From: the human T2T-CHM13v2.0 reference genome, Homo sapiens
NCBI RefSeq assembly: GCF_009914755.1
Contig: NC_060926.1
Reading direction: 5' to 3' (one strand)
DNA length: 64,000 nucleotides
The notes under the pieces are model-generated. The model was not told the DNA's origin. It saw only the letters and a program-made list of their open reading frames with translations, and did no database searches. Positions 30,101 to 43,808 of this stretch are shown here, piece after piece (positions within the stretch are counted from its first letter, which is position 1; each line of letters opens with the position of its first letter). The translations under genes and the position numbers were made by a program.

Positions 30101-30104
30101 CCAG

Positions 30105-30183
30105 ATTTCAAAGTGAAAAGACAAAGGCATGAATACCTGGAGGCAGAGACCATTGGGAGCCATAGTAGATTTTGTCCACCACA
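30105..30183 (-). mobile_element. MLT1 terminal fragment
   Basis: ggcatgaatacctggaggcagagaccattgggagccat...gtccaccaca. Confidence 0.6.
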
Positions 30184-31375
30184 AAGTTTATCACTTTACA
30201 GTACTGCTGCTTCTATGGCATAAGAAGAATAAAAGGGACATTGTTAAGTTGGCCTCTGGAAGTCATCTCCAGAGTTCAGTAGGACCTTTCAGCTGCATCT
30301 CAGGTCACAGCATGTTTTCTTTTTCTTTCTTTGCTTGTATTTTGTTTGTTTTTGGTTTTGCCCTTGACACTTGACAAAGCTAATACATAAGAAAGGTCCA
30401 CATTTTCTGAGCCTATGTGGATATTTATCTTGATAACCTGTCAAGGAATAACCAGAACAAAGAATCCGATGATAGCTATGATTTCCTTTAGATGAAAGCT
30501 AATGTGGAGAAGAGGCATCTGCTTATAATCAGATAGTTCCAAAAACAGCACCACAATTATCAATATCATGTCCTGCTTTGTGTTGTTGTTATATTTAGAT
30601 TTGCTTCTCATGGATGTTCCTCTTGTCTCCCCACCTAAACTATAAGCCAGTTACACCTTTTCTCGTTTTTTAAAGTTCATAGAATAATACCTTAAGTCTA
30701 CTAGGCCCTCCAATATTTATCAAACATCTTTCTGTGAGTTAGGCCTATAAAATCCCCCTTGGTATGTTGTCTTCCAAGGTAGACTTTTCGTAAGTCAGAC
30801 TTCTGCGCTCCAGATAAATCTGCATGAGAAATGTTGAAGCTACACTTAAGAAGAATTAATTGTTCAAAACGTGTTGGTCTGTTTCTTACCCAGAGATGAG
30901 CCTCAAATATATTTTACCTCACTTATTTTCACCTGATTTTATTATTTCATTTTGTTTTTCCTGGTGCATACTTAGTAGCTCACTGAGTTTTGCTATGTTT
31001 GTCTCTAGAGTGATAAAACCATCATCAGATCCATAAAGTATAAAAATATATACAAATCTGGTAGCTGATACCATGAATTTACCCATCCATCTCAAACTCT
31101 GAGGACACTATCTGAGGTCAACTTTGTTGTAAGGCAGAAATGTTTTCTTTGAAATATTTGCAAAGTTTTTCTTTTAAAATATGACTCAAATTGATCCCCA
31201 AATTTAAAGTCTTGAATACCTATACTGGTTCAAAAATGTCAGGTTAACAAGAAATATAACTTTGTTCTTTTCTGTAACTCGACTTAATTTCTATCTCAAA
31301 TACCTATCTTACTTAGAGAGAATAAATTTGTTATAGATCAATGTAAGGTGCCTTCTTTCCCAGTCTTTTGCTTAC

Positions 31376-31518
31376 ATAATGCTATGTCTATTGGGATGGG
31401 CAATGAGGATAGAGTTGGGATCTTCTCCAAGACAGCATCTTTTCCATGAGAATCCATATAAAAATGCCCTTCCATTTTTTGAGTAGAATGAGTAGATTTC
31501 ATCAAACCAGTGTTCCTG
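31376..31518 (-). other. Candidate 143-nt exon
   Basis: Minus acceptor ccctttctgcttttcAG, donor TAT|GTAAGC; two frames open. Confidence 0.3.
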
Positions 31519-32009
31519 CTGAAAAGCAGAAAGGGCTAGATATGTTATAAACATAATGTTTTAAATATATAAGAGCCATAGAAGCAATGATGGACTTCAA
31601 TTCTGAAAGAAGGCCTTTCTGGAATGAGCTGATGTTGCTGGTCATTTTCTTCTCCATGGGTATTTGCCACTTCTCAGTATAGACCAAAGTTTGTGCCTGA
31701 CTTACTCAGAGAGACTCTGTGGAAGAAAAGAGAGAACCATGCATGAGATTCTGAGGTTGAGTTGGCTGGCATAACAGATAAGGAACTTGACATGTTCAAG
31801 AGTCAGAGCCCAGTTTCCCCATGGTGAATTTGCTGAGTTTTGAGGCTGCATACAGGAGCAAGGGGGCTATGCTGATAGCTGCTAAAAGGTAGATCCATGT
31901 CTCTCATTTCATGGTGCTTAAGAGACAAAGTTCCATAAGAAGGCCCTTCCTAAAATAAACAGCTGATCTCCCTCTTAAGACAAAACATACCAGATTTTAA
32001 AGTTTCAGG

Positions 32010-32848
<839 letters not shown>

Positions 32849-32849
32849 T

Positions 32850-33412
32850 TCTTTGGTTTTTGTTGTTTTTAAATTGTTTTTATTGAGATAAAAATAATAA
32901 AACATAAAATTGAGTATTAATATATTAACCATTTAAATTGTTAAATTTAGTGTGTCTTTGTGTATTCACAGTCTTGGTATGACAATCATCACTACTTGGC
33001 AACCATTACCACTACCAAGTAGCAGAACAATTTTTTCACTTTAAAAAGAAACTGCACACGCATTCAGCAGTCACATCTCTTTCTCTAATCCTTTAGCCAT
33101 TGGCAACTACTATTTCACTTTTTTTCCTATTTGTCTATTCTGGTAATTTCATACAAATATAATAATACAATGAGTGTCTTTTTGTGTTTGCTTTTTCTCA
33201 TTGAGAATGTTATTATTATTAATGCATGTTTTGGCACCTATCAGCACTTTATTTCTTTTTAAGACCGAATAATATTCCATTTTATGAATATACCATACTT
33301 TCTTTATCTGGTATTCATTGATAGATATTTGGGCTATTTTCACTTTTTGGTTATTAATAACAATGCTTCCATAAATATTTGTACACAACTTTTTATGTGG
33401 ACATAAGTTTTG
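32850..33412 (-). mobile_element. L1MB-like 3' end
   Basis: ttttattgagataaaa...accattaccactacc...ttttatgtggacataagtttt. Confidence 0.8.
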
Positions 33413-33414
33413 TT

Positions 33415-33796
33415 AGTTTTTTAACTTCTATGTTAGGTTTGGGGGTACATGTGAAGATATGTTATACAAACATGTAACAAACATACATAGGTAAACGTAT
33501 GTCATGGGGATTTGTTGTACATAGTATTTCATCACCCAGGTATTAAGCCCAGTACCCAATAGTTATCTTTTCTGCTTCCGTCCCTCTTCCCACCTTCCCC
33601 CCTCAAGTAGACACCAGTGTCTGTTGTTTCCTTCTTTGCATTCATAAATTGTTATGATTTAGCTCCTACTTATAAGTGAGAACATGCAGTATTTGGTTTT
33701 CTGTGTTAGTTTGCTAAGGATAATAGTCTTTAGGTCCATCCGTGTTCCCGCAAAAGACATGATCTCATTGTTATGGCTGCATAGTATTTCATGGTA
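33415..33796 (-). mobile_element. L1PA15/16 3' end
   Basis: gtattaagcccagtacccaatagttatcttttctg...cccccctcaagtagac. Confidence 0.9.
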
Positions 33797-36667
33797 AGGC
33801 AGAAAAGAAAAATTTCTTTGAAAATAACGGGAACAAAGATAGAACATACCAGAATCTCTGGGACATAGCTAAGACAATGTTAAGAGGGAAATTGATAGCA
33901 CTAAATGCCCACATCAAAAAGCTAGAATGACTGCAAATTAACAACCTAACTTCACAATGGGAAGAATTAGAGAAGCAAGAAAAAAATCAACCCCAAAGCT
34001 AGCAGAAAACAAAAAATAGCAAAAATCAGGGATGAACTGAAGGAAATCAAGTCACAAATAAAACCATTCAAAAGATCAATTAATCCAGGAATTGGATTCT
34101 TGAAAAAATTAATAAAATAGGCCACTAACTAGACTAAAAAAAAAGAGAAAAGATCCAGATAAACACAATTAGAAATGATGAAGAGATGTTACTACTGACC
34201 CCACAGAAATAAAAACAACCATCAGAAACTACTACAAACACCTCTATGCACACAAACTAGAAAACCTAGAAGAGATGGATAAATTCCTGGACACATACAC
34301 CCTCCCAAAACTAAGCCAGGAAGAAACTGATTCACTGGACAGACCAATATGAACTCCAGAACTGAATTAATAATAAATACACTACCAACCAAAAAAAGCC
34401 CCGAACCTGATGTGTTCACAGCTGAATGCTACTGAACATACAAAGAAGAGCTGGTACCATTCCTACAGAAGTTATGTCAAAATATTGAGGAGGATGCACT
34501 ACTACCCAACTCATTCTATGTGGCCAGTATCATCTTGACACCCAAAACTGGCAGAAACACAACAAAAAGAGAAAACTTCAGGCCAACAATCTTGATGAAC
34601 ATCGATGCGAAAATCCTCAACAACATACTTGCAAACTGAATCCAACAGCACTTCGAAAAGCTAATCCACCATGATAAAGTAGGCTTCATTGATGGGATGA
34701 AAGTTTGGTTCAACATATGCAAATCAATAAATGTGATTCATCACATAAACAGAACTAGAGACAAAATCCACGATTATCACAATAGATGCAGAAAAAGCTT
34801 TCAATACAATTCAACATCCCTTCATGTTAAAAACTATCAATAAACTAAGTATTGAAGGAACATACATCAGAATAGTAAGAGTCATCTGTCATCTATGTCA
34901 AACCCACAGCCAACATTATACTGAATGGGCAAAAGCTAAAAGCATTCCCATTGACAACTGACACAAGACAAGGATGCCCTCTCTCACCACTCATATTCAA
35001 CAGAGTATTAGAAGTCCTAGTCAGAACAATTAGGCAAGAGAAGGAAATTAAGGGCATCCAAATAGGAAGAGAGGATGTCAAACAATCTCTGTTTGCAGAT
35101 GACATGATTCTATATCTAGAAACCCCATAGTCTCAGCCCTAAAGCTCCTCTATCTTATAAACAACTTCAGCAAAGTTGCAGGATACAAAACCAATGTATG
35201 AAAATCACTAGCATTTGTATACGCCAACAACAGCAAAATTGAGAGCCAAATCATAAAGGCAGTCCCATTCACAATTGCCACAAAAAGAATAAAATATCTA
35301 GGAATACAGCTAACCTGGGAGGTGAAAAATCTGTACAATGAGAATTGCAAAACGCTCCTCAAAAAATCAGAGAAGACACAAACAAATGGAAAAATGTCCC
35401 ATTCTCATGTACAGGAAGACCCAATATCATTAAAATGACTATATTGACCAAAGCAATTTACAGATTCAATGCTATTACTATCAAACTACTAATGACATTC
35501 TTCACAGAACTAGAAAAACCTATTCCAAAAATAATATGGAACCAAAAAAGCCCCAAAAAGCCAAAGCAATCCTAAACCAAAGAACAAAGCTGGAGGCATC
35601 ACGTTACTCAACTTCAAACTACACTACAAGGCTACAGTAACCAAAACAGCATGGTAATGGTACAAAAACAGGCACAAAGACCAATGGAACAAAATGGACA
35701 GCCCAGAAGTAAGGTTGTACATCTAAGATCATCTGATCTTTGACAAAGCTGACCAAAGACAACAATGGGGAAAAGACTGTTATTCAATAAATGGTGCTGG
35801 GATAACTGGCTAGCCATATGCAGATGACTGAAGCTGGACCCCTTCCTTACACCATATACAAAAATCAACTCAAGGTGAATTAAAGACTTAAATGTAAAAC
35901 CCAAAATTATAAAAACCCTGGAAGACAACCTAGGCAATACCATCCTGGACATAGGAACAGTCAAAGATTTTATGACAAAGGCACCAAAAGCAATCACAAC
36001 AAAGGCAAAAATTGACAAGTGGGATCTAATTAAACTTAAGAGCTTCTGCACAGCAAAACAAAAACAAAAAAACAAAATGAACAAACAAAAATCTATCAAC
36101 AGTAAACAACCTACAGAATGGGAGAAAATATTTGCAAACCATGCATCTGACAAAGGTCTAATATCCAGCATCTATAAGGAACTTAAGCAAATTTACAAGC
36201 GAAAAACAATCCTGTTACAAAGTGGGCAAAGGAAATGAACAGGCACTTCTCAAAAGAAGACATACATGCAGCCAACATGCACATGAAAAAGAGCTCAATA
36301 TCACTGATCATTAGAGAAATGCAAATCAAAACCACAATGAAATACCATCTCGCACCACTCAGAATGGCTGTTATTGAGAAGTCAAAAAATAACAGATGCT
36401 GGTGAGATTGCTGAGAAAAGGGAACACTTACTCACTGTTGGTGGGAGTGTAAATTAGTTCAACCATTGCGTCAAGCAGTATGGCGATTCCTCAAACAGCT
36501 AAAAGCAGAACTACCATTTGACTCAGCAATCTCATTACTGGGTATATACCCAGAAGAACATAAATCATTCTACCATAAAGACACGTGCACATGAATGTTC
36601 ACTGCAGCACTCTTCACAATAGCAAAGGCATGGAATCAACCTAAATCCCCATCAATGACAGATTGGC
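33797..36667 (+). mobile_element. L1PA15/16 ORF2, inverted relative to its 3' end (twin priming)
   Basis: Sense ORF2; ORFs 35345-35575 and 35972-36238 give ORF2p remnants ([30 protein letters not shown]). Confidence 0.93.
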
Positions 36668-37481
36668 CAATTTTTTTAATAATGGCAAAAGATTAATAGG
36701 CATTTCCCAAATAAGGTATCTAAATTGTTACAAGTATATAAATTATTCAACATCATTATTCATTGGTGAAATGAAAATTAAAATGGCAATGAGATACAAT
36801 TAACATCCCAAACACACTGATTAAAATGAAAAACACAGACAATAACAAGTGTTAACAAGGGATTTAGAGTACCTGGAAAGCTGGATACATTGCCAACAAG
36901 ATGTAAATTTGTAAGCACTTTGGAAAACTACTAGGCAGAATTAAAAATAAATGTATATGTATTTTAGACCCCCAAATTTCACTCCTGTGTATATACTCAA
37001 GAAAATGAATGCATTTTTCTACTAGCAGACATCTATAATAGTTTTCTTTGCAGCTTTATACATGATAGCCCTAAAATGAAAACAACTCTATTATCATCAA
37101 AATGTAAAAATAAATAGTGGTTTAGTGGTACAAGGGCAGAGTATACAACAATCAAAAAGAATAATCTTTTGAAGCAGAGAGCAACGTGTTATAGCCATCA
37201 CCAACTGCTATACACAACACCACAGATTAATCTCTTAGACATCATAAATATGAAATAAAAGAAACCAGACACTTCCAGCCAGCCATACATCTGATTCTAT
37301 TTAGATGAAATTCAAAAACACACAAACCTGTTCTATGGCAATAGAGGTCAGAATGTGGGTATCTTTTAGGGAGATGGTGTAGAATATCACCTTCAATGAA
37401 GCACGAGAAAGCACAATGCACTAATGAAAATGATTCATATCATGATCTGGATGGTGGGTGCCCAGGTTAATACATAGTTAC
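36668..37481 (+). mobile_element. L1ME-like ORF2 end/3' UTR
   Basis: Continues the 32010-32848 element (ccaattttttt...atggcaaaag; ttctatttagatgaaattcaaaaac; atagaggtcagaat). Confidence 0.75.
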
Positions 37482-37559
37482 AACCCCATAGTAAATCCCC
37501 TCCATTGCCTTGCTTGGTGTTTGGTTGTTCATACAGGACATTCGTGAAGCCTTAGTATT

Positions 37560-38129
37560 ATCCATAAGATCCCTTTAGGTCCTGAAACACTCTTCTATTT
37601 CCTTACATGTGAGTGGGTTACATGAGAATCATTCCTGCCAGAGGTGTGCAAGACACTGAGAGGCCACCCTAGTAGACCCTCTGGTACCAGTGGAGCATGT
37701 CCAGGTTCTTAGCATTTCGAACAAAGAATTGATGCAAACAAAGCAATGAAAGAAAAGCACAGATTTATTAAACAAAAGTACACTCCAAAGAATGGGAGCA
37801 GGCTGCGGCAAGTGGCTCAAAAACACTGGTTACAGAATTTTCTGGGGTTTAAATATCCTCTAGAGGTTTCCCATTGGTTACTCGGCATACACCCTATGCA
37901 AATGAAGAGGATGTTTCCTGACATAGCTGAAGTGAAGTTACAAAGTTATTTACTTGGGTGTAGAAAGTTGGGCTTTTTCCCTTTGATTTAGTTCTTTAGT
38001 TCTTAGGTTCCCTGCCTCCAGACTCTATTCTCCTGCCTCAAGTCTACGTGTAACAACAACTCGTAGCTATTTTCTGGCTTTTTCAGCCTCACTGCATGCT
38101 TCACCTAGGGTACAGGGTACAGGGCCCCC
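37560..38129 (+). repeat. Copy 1 of ~570-bp dispersed direct duplication
   Basis: Aligns by eye with 43809-44382 over its full length. Confidence 0.95.
37682..38040 (-). mobile_element. MER51/MER61-group ERV1 solo LTR
   Basis: Minus strand starts tgaggcaggagaatagagtctggaggcagggaacctaag. Confidence 0.85.
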
Positions 38130-38849
38130 CAGTGAGGGATTCCTTAATGATCACACACTCATGGCTTTTCCTCTTCCTCTCTGCCCTCTTGCTTTCCACA
38201 GGGATTCCATTTATACTCTCCAAGTGATAATCCTTTTCCACTTGTGCACTATTCTTCCAAATCTATTGCCTATGCCTTGAGTGCTTTTCATTTTGTTAAG
38301 TTCTAGAATTTAAAATTTTAAAGGCCTTTATTTTTGCTGTCGTATCCTTTCACTAAACAAAAGAAGTAGTCTAGTTTCTGAATGCAGTGAAGAGACATGA
38401 GATATAGGAAAATATGTAAATTTTCTAAGTATATATTCTAATAGATAACTACTAAAAAGTTCATTCATTTTATTTATGTAAATAGACATTTTCAAAACAT
38501 TTATTCATGGTCAAGATTTTATATTTGAACTTTAAATTAAATGCCCCTGTAATTTTATGTCAAACAACTATCCAGTGTTTGATTTCACATTTGTAAAAAT
38601 GTGTGCACAGCATATAGATAGATAGATAGATACTTTGCTCTAAATAAAATAGTTGATTCATTTTTCTTAAAGTGGCTATATCACCTTACTTCCCCTAGTA
38701 CTTGTGTGTTAATCTTAAAGCAGAGATGAACATACAAGTCAGGACAGAATCGACATGTGAGCTCCTGCATTAGGACTGGACATGGAGAAGCCACTTTTCA
38801 TGATACCAGCAATGACTTAGCAGTTGAGAAAGATAACCCTGAAGGAGCT

Positions 38850-39150
38850 ATCCAAGTATCTCTTGACTTACAGATTTCTGGGCTGGGATGCTGCATGGCT
38901 TTTACTTAGGCCCTCTAGAAGATTAGGGCCACATACCATAAGGTAGTAAAGTAGTATATAGTATCTAGGGATTCTAGATATTAATGAAAATGTATTTACC
39001 CAAGTAGAAGTGTCTAGGGATACTAGATCTAGTAGTATCTAAAGTAGTAGTAGTATCTATGGATACTAGATATTAATGCAAATGTATTTACCCAAGTATC
39101 TCATTGACTTAACAGAACCTAGGACTGGGATGTAGGGTGCCTTTTACTAT
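38850..39150. repeat. Cluster of short imperfect direct duplications with a palindrome
   Basis: 38948-39006 ~ 39041-39098; 38852-38906 ~ 39092-39147; tactagatctagta at 39021-39034. Confidence 0.85.
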
Positions 39151-41366
39151 GTTATGCATGCAGATATAAGTACCATGAAGAAAAGACTACTAGATATGTA
39201 CCAAAATTTGTTTTCTCTTTCTTTTGGGCAAATAGACTACATTCTAGAGCCTCTCTTATTTTCAATGAACTAGGTGCTAGTCAAGGGAATGTTACAAAAA
39301 GTAACAATGGTCATTTCTGGGTGTGTCCCCCAAAAATGCTCCCTTATACATTTCTCCATACTATGCCCCCTTTGTGGACAACCACCAGCTGGGAAGAAGA
39401 TGACCCCCAAGGCAACTTTTAAGCCAAGTATTGAAAAGCCACAGAGCTTCAGGCAGCCTAGCCACCAGAATAATTTTGTTAAACAGAGACCTCCCACTAA
39501 CAAGGTACATGAACTAGTCTTTTGCAAGAACACAAGTGCACTTCTATTGTATTTGTGCCTTTACATTTTCAAGTCTTTTTAAACCTACTCCTAGCATTAC
39601 CCTAACTAATTCAAGTGGAAAGAGTAATGGTGTAATGATGAGAAAAATCTGCACTCTCAGCCTAGGTTTACCATTGTCTGCCTCTGAGTGGTGATGAACA
39701 AAACACATTACCCTTAGGGTGGGAATTTTATTGTTATATAACGAAGGTAATAGACCAGTTATCTAGACCCTTCCTTGTCATTTCCACATTGTAGATGGGA
39801 GATTTTATTAAATTGGTGACAAGCCATCTTTGTATTCTAATGCAAAGAGATTATGGTATTTGCTATTTGTCATCAGTCAGCAGCTACATGTACATTTTTT
39901 AAAAAATAAAAAGTAAATTCCTAATAATCTTATAGGGATATTATCTACTACTATTATTTTGAATTTCAAACAACTGCCTGATATACAAGTTCACTCACTT
40001 GTACTGGCTCTTTTTCTAAATGACTAAGGCCTGCATCATATTCATATATATATAAATATATATATATATACTCAAATAAGTGAGAAAGTTGTACATATTT
40101 ATCCAAAGTATAGCAGCAAGAAGTTGTGACCAGTCTGAAGGTGTTGCTTCCATCCTGCACTGTTCATTACAATATGGAAAAATGTGCTTTCGAGCAAAGT
40201 ATTTGTATGCCTGGCCTCTGTGAAAAGGGCTTTTTCTTTCTTTTAAAAGTTTGAGTGAAAATGATTTTACCACTTTTGAGTTATGTGAGGATCCCAAAAT
40301 AATAAAAATTGCTCAAATCTTCTTTGGCTTATGTTACAAAAAAATCAGAAAGACATAATTCCACTCTTTGAAATATGGGTTTTCTCTATGTATTATCTAA
40401 GTAACTGCAGTGGGTACAAAAATGCATGCGTGTTTACTAGAGCTGGATTGACCCAACTTTAGGCTTCTTCCTGTTCTCTGGGAAGATTTTCAATGGGTTT
40501 ATGTTACTTTTGACACTTATGCACTTGACACAGTCTCAATATAATCCTTTCACTTAAAACATCAATCTGATGGATAATCTTAAGTAATCAGCATTGTTTA
40601 GAATATAGTAAATGTTTTGTGTTCAATTGTTCTTCAAAATAATCCTTGCTATAAAACAGAAAAGCTAACATATTCATGTTTTATAAATTGTGATGTGTCC
40701 TTGATTAAAAAGCAAACAAACCAAAACACTGCAAATAGTAGAAGAGGAACTGATGACTTTTATTCAAAGCACACCTAGTTGACTGCTCAGTGAGGTAGCG
40801 TTACTGGTAAATGAACTTTACTGCCTACACTTTTCCATTACTTTCATTTTTCAGAATTACTACGTTTTTCTCTTCTCATGCCACTTTGGACAACTCACTA
40901 AGGACAATTGGTCATTTTTTTACTGTGTAAGTCATTCAATCTTATAGCATTCAGAAATGCTTTTAACTCTCTTCCATTTGTATACCTGACAAATACAAAG
41001 TTTGCAGAACTACTAAAATCTGAAGAATAGAATGATGCTGAGTATATGTAATAGAATAAATTACTCTGGTCCCCCTGTACAGTGTTAATTATTTCAACCA
41101 ATAGAAGCAGGGGAATAACTTTCTTATATTTGCTCATATCAGAAATGACAAAATATGTAGATAACATACATTTTTTACTCCAATGCTTTCTAATTAAGAT
41201 CAAGTAGATAAATGTCTACAAATCTTTGGTCAGTATTGGTTTTTTAAATAAAAATTGGGAAAATGAGTCATCCTTCCAAATAGTTTTTGCTATTCTCCTA
41301 CATCAGTCCAAATAAAATTTATTAAAAATAATTTTTATCATTCAGGTCAAATTTTGCATTTTTAAC

Positions 41367-41694
41367 TTTTTTCTTTTTTCTTGAGACAGAATTTTGCTCT
41401 TGTCACCCAGGCTGAAGTGCAATGGCACGATCTCGGCTCACTGCAATGATCTCGGCTCACCGCAACCTCTGCCTCCCGGTTTCAAGCAATTCTCCTGCCT
41501 CAGCCTCCCGAGTAGCTGGGATTACAGGCATGTGCCACCATGCCTAGCTAATTTTGGAATTTTTTTTTTTTTTTAGTAGAAACGGGGTTTCTCCATGCTG
41601 GTCAGGCTGGTCTCGAACTCCTGACTTCAGGTGATCTGCCCACCCCAGCCTCCCAAACTGCTGGGATTACAGGCGTGAGCCACTGTGCCCCACC
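41367..41694 (-). mobile_element. AluSp-like with 19-bp internal tandem duplication
   Basis: ttgctcttgt and tttctccatgctggtcagg diagnostics; gatctcggctcac(t/c)gcaa(t/c) twice at 41429-41466. Confidence 0.93.
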
Positions 41695-43808
41695 CATTTT
41701 TGGCTTCTTAATCTCTCTCCTTGAGTTTGAGTTAAATAAAACATATCTCAACTTCAGAGAAAAAATCAGTCCTGTAAATTTATCACTTGCTCTAGTCTCA
41801 AAAGAATATTCACTTTGCCCAATATTATGGTGGAGGGAGAAGATGAAAAAAATACTTGAAAGCACAGTAATATTTATAAACTGGAAATTCATACAAATGC
41901 CATTGTGCATTCAATTTTCTGTAGATGATAATATATGAAGAGGATAGTCAGGGCTTTAAAGCCTTCTGTAGACAGAAAATAACTACAGCTGTACTAGAAG
42001 AAGAATAGAAGAAATCAATGAACAATTTTTTGAATTCTCTTGGCTGGTGAGGAAAGCCTATCTTTAACTGTCAGAACTATTGTCACCAGATTGAAGGGTA
42101 GCAATAAGTTGAGGCAACAAGTTGCTTCCTACTAGTTTATAAGTTATTAGATAAGCTGCTTTAAAGAAATATTTAGTGGATTCCTTTTATGGGATGACAA
42201 TTTATTATTACTAACTCCATCAAACAGAATATTTCCCCTTCACTCTGCACTCTGTAGCTCTCCACAAACTCCATAAGAGAAAGCAAATGGAAATCATTCC
42301 TTCCTAAAAGTCTGGAAGTCACATTACCATCAGTCACAGCCATGTGGCAAATGTTCCCAGAGAAGGAGGAATTAAACAAGATGAGAAAGTGTATTGCTTC
42401 AGGCTCTGGACTAGATCATTTGCAAGTTCCATAGCAAAGTAACTTAAAATAATTTTCACCAAAACTTTTAAATATGTCATGTGACTTTTATAATCTACAT
42501 ACTTTTGTATATTTTTGTTCTTGTATAAATGTTAGTATTTAATTTTAAACTAGATTTTTAATTATAAAAGCAATATATAAACATGCCAACACAATCAAAT
42601 AGCACAGGAATATAACATTGAAAATCTGTCTTTCTATCCCTATGATTACCAGTTTCTCTTTCGAAAGATAATGGCTGCCATCAGGCTCTTTTTTTTTTTT
42701 TTTTGTATATTTGCCAAAATATGTTTATGTAAATACAGACATGTGGGTTGCATTTGTATGAATAATTTTAAATTTAAACAACCATGCTCTGTGTACTCCT
42801 ATTAATCTTGCTTTTATTAGTTATGTTTTAAGAATAACTTGTACACACAGTTACTTTCAAATGAATCTCTCTCTGTGTGTACATACAAATACATACATAT
42901 AACTATGTAAATGTTTAATAAAAGTTGTCTAAAAGTTGATAAGTGGATTAACATAAGATGCCCAGACTTCAGTTAACTTCGTTTGTCATATTTTTCAACT
43001 AGAAGATACACAACTTGTATATTGCTTTTACAATTAAAAATTCATGAAACACTGGGTAGATCATAGATTTTAAAATCAGAAGACATGTTTAGATTCTGGC
43101 CTCAACAGTATACGTTTGACATTGGGTAAGTCATATAACTTGTTCAGTATTCTCATCCCTCTCTCTCTTTATCCTTATTTAATAATGCCATGTTTCTAAG
43201 GACAAATCCAAATACTAATTCCTCAATAAATGTGTCATTAGGTCCACAATCCCTCTTCTTTATCTGTTCTCCTCTTGTGCCTTAAAGATATACCCTATAA
43301 TTTAGCACCTAAAAATAAATAACGATACTACAGAACTATTTTCTTAGCTGTCATATTTTTCAGACTACTTTTAATATTGTTGGCTAGCCCAGAGATCATT
43401 AAAACATCTACTGTCTGAATGACCATTGAATGACTTAATTATAATTAAATCAGTGAATTGAATTAATTCAGCCATGAGAACACCTGTTGACATATCTACC
43501 AACATAGTCAAATGAATCCATTCCAAAAGATGGTTTTCGGTCTGAAAATCACTGCTCCTTTTACTGCATTTCTAGTGCACAATTCTAAATACAAGTGGGA
43601 GGGTTAGGTGCAATCTCTGAAGTAAATATAGAACTAATTTGATTTTTATTCTACCCTCTATAACCGTATTTCTCTATTAAAAAATTCAGTGCACTGATAC
43701 AGCCTCAATTATTTGCTAGTGGATGGTGCTCTGGTTTGAATCACTCTTAAACCTGAAGCCTTTTTATAAGTTTAGTTGCAGAACCACTATTGCTCCAAGT
43801 GGAAGCAC

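Noticed and set aside
35632-36171. Longest ORF (179 aa, minus)
   Set aside because: Antisense reading of L1 ORF2; common artefact
38948-39098. CRISPR-like repeat-spacer pattern
   Set aside because: Only two imperfect units, spacer derived from the repeat itself, eukaryotic context
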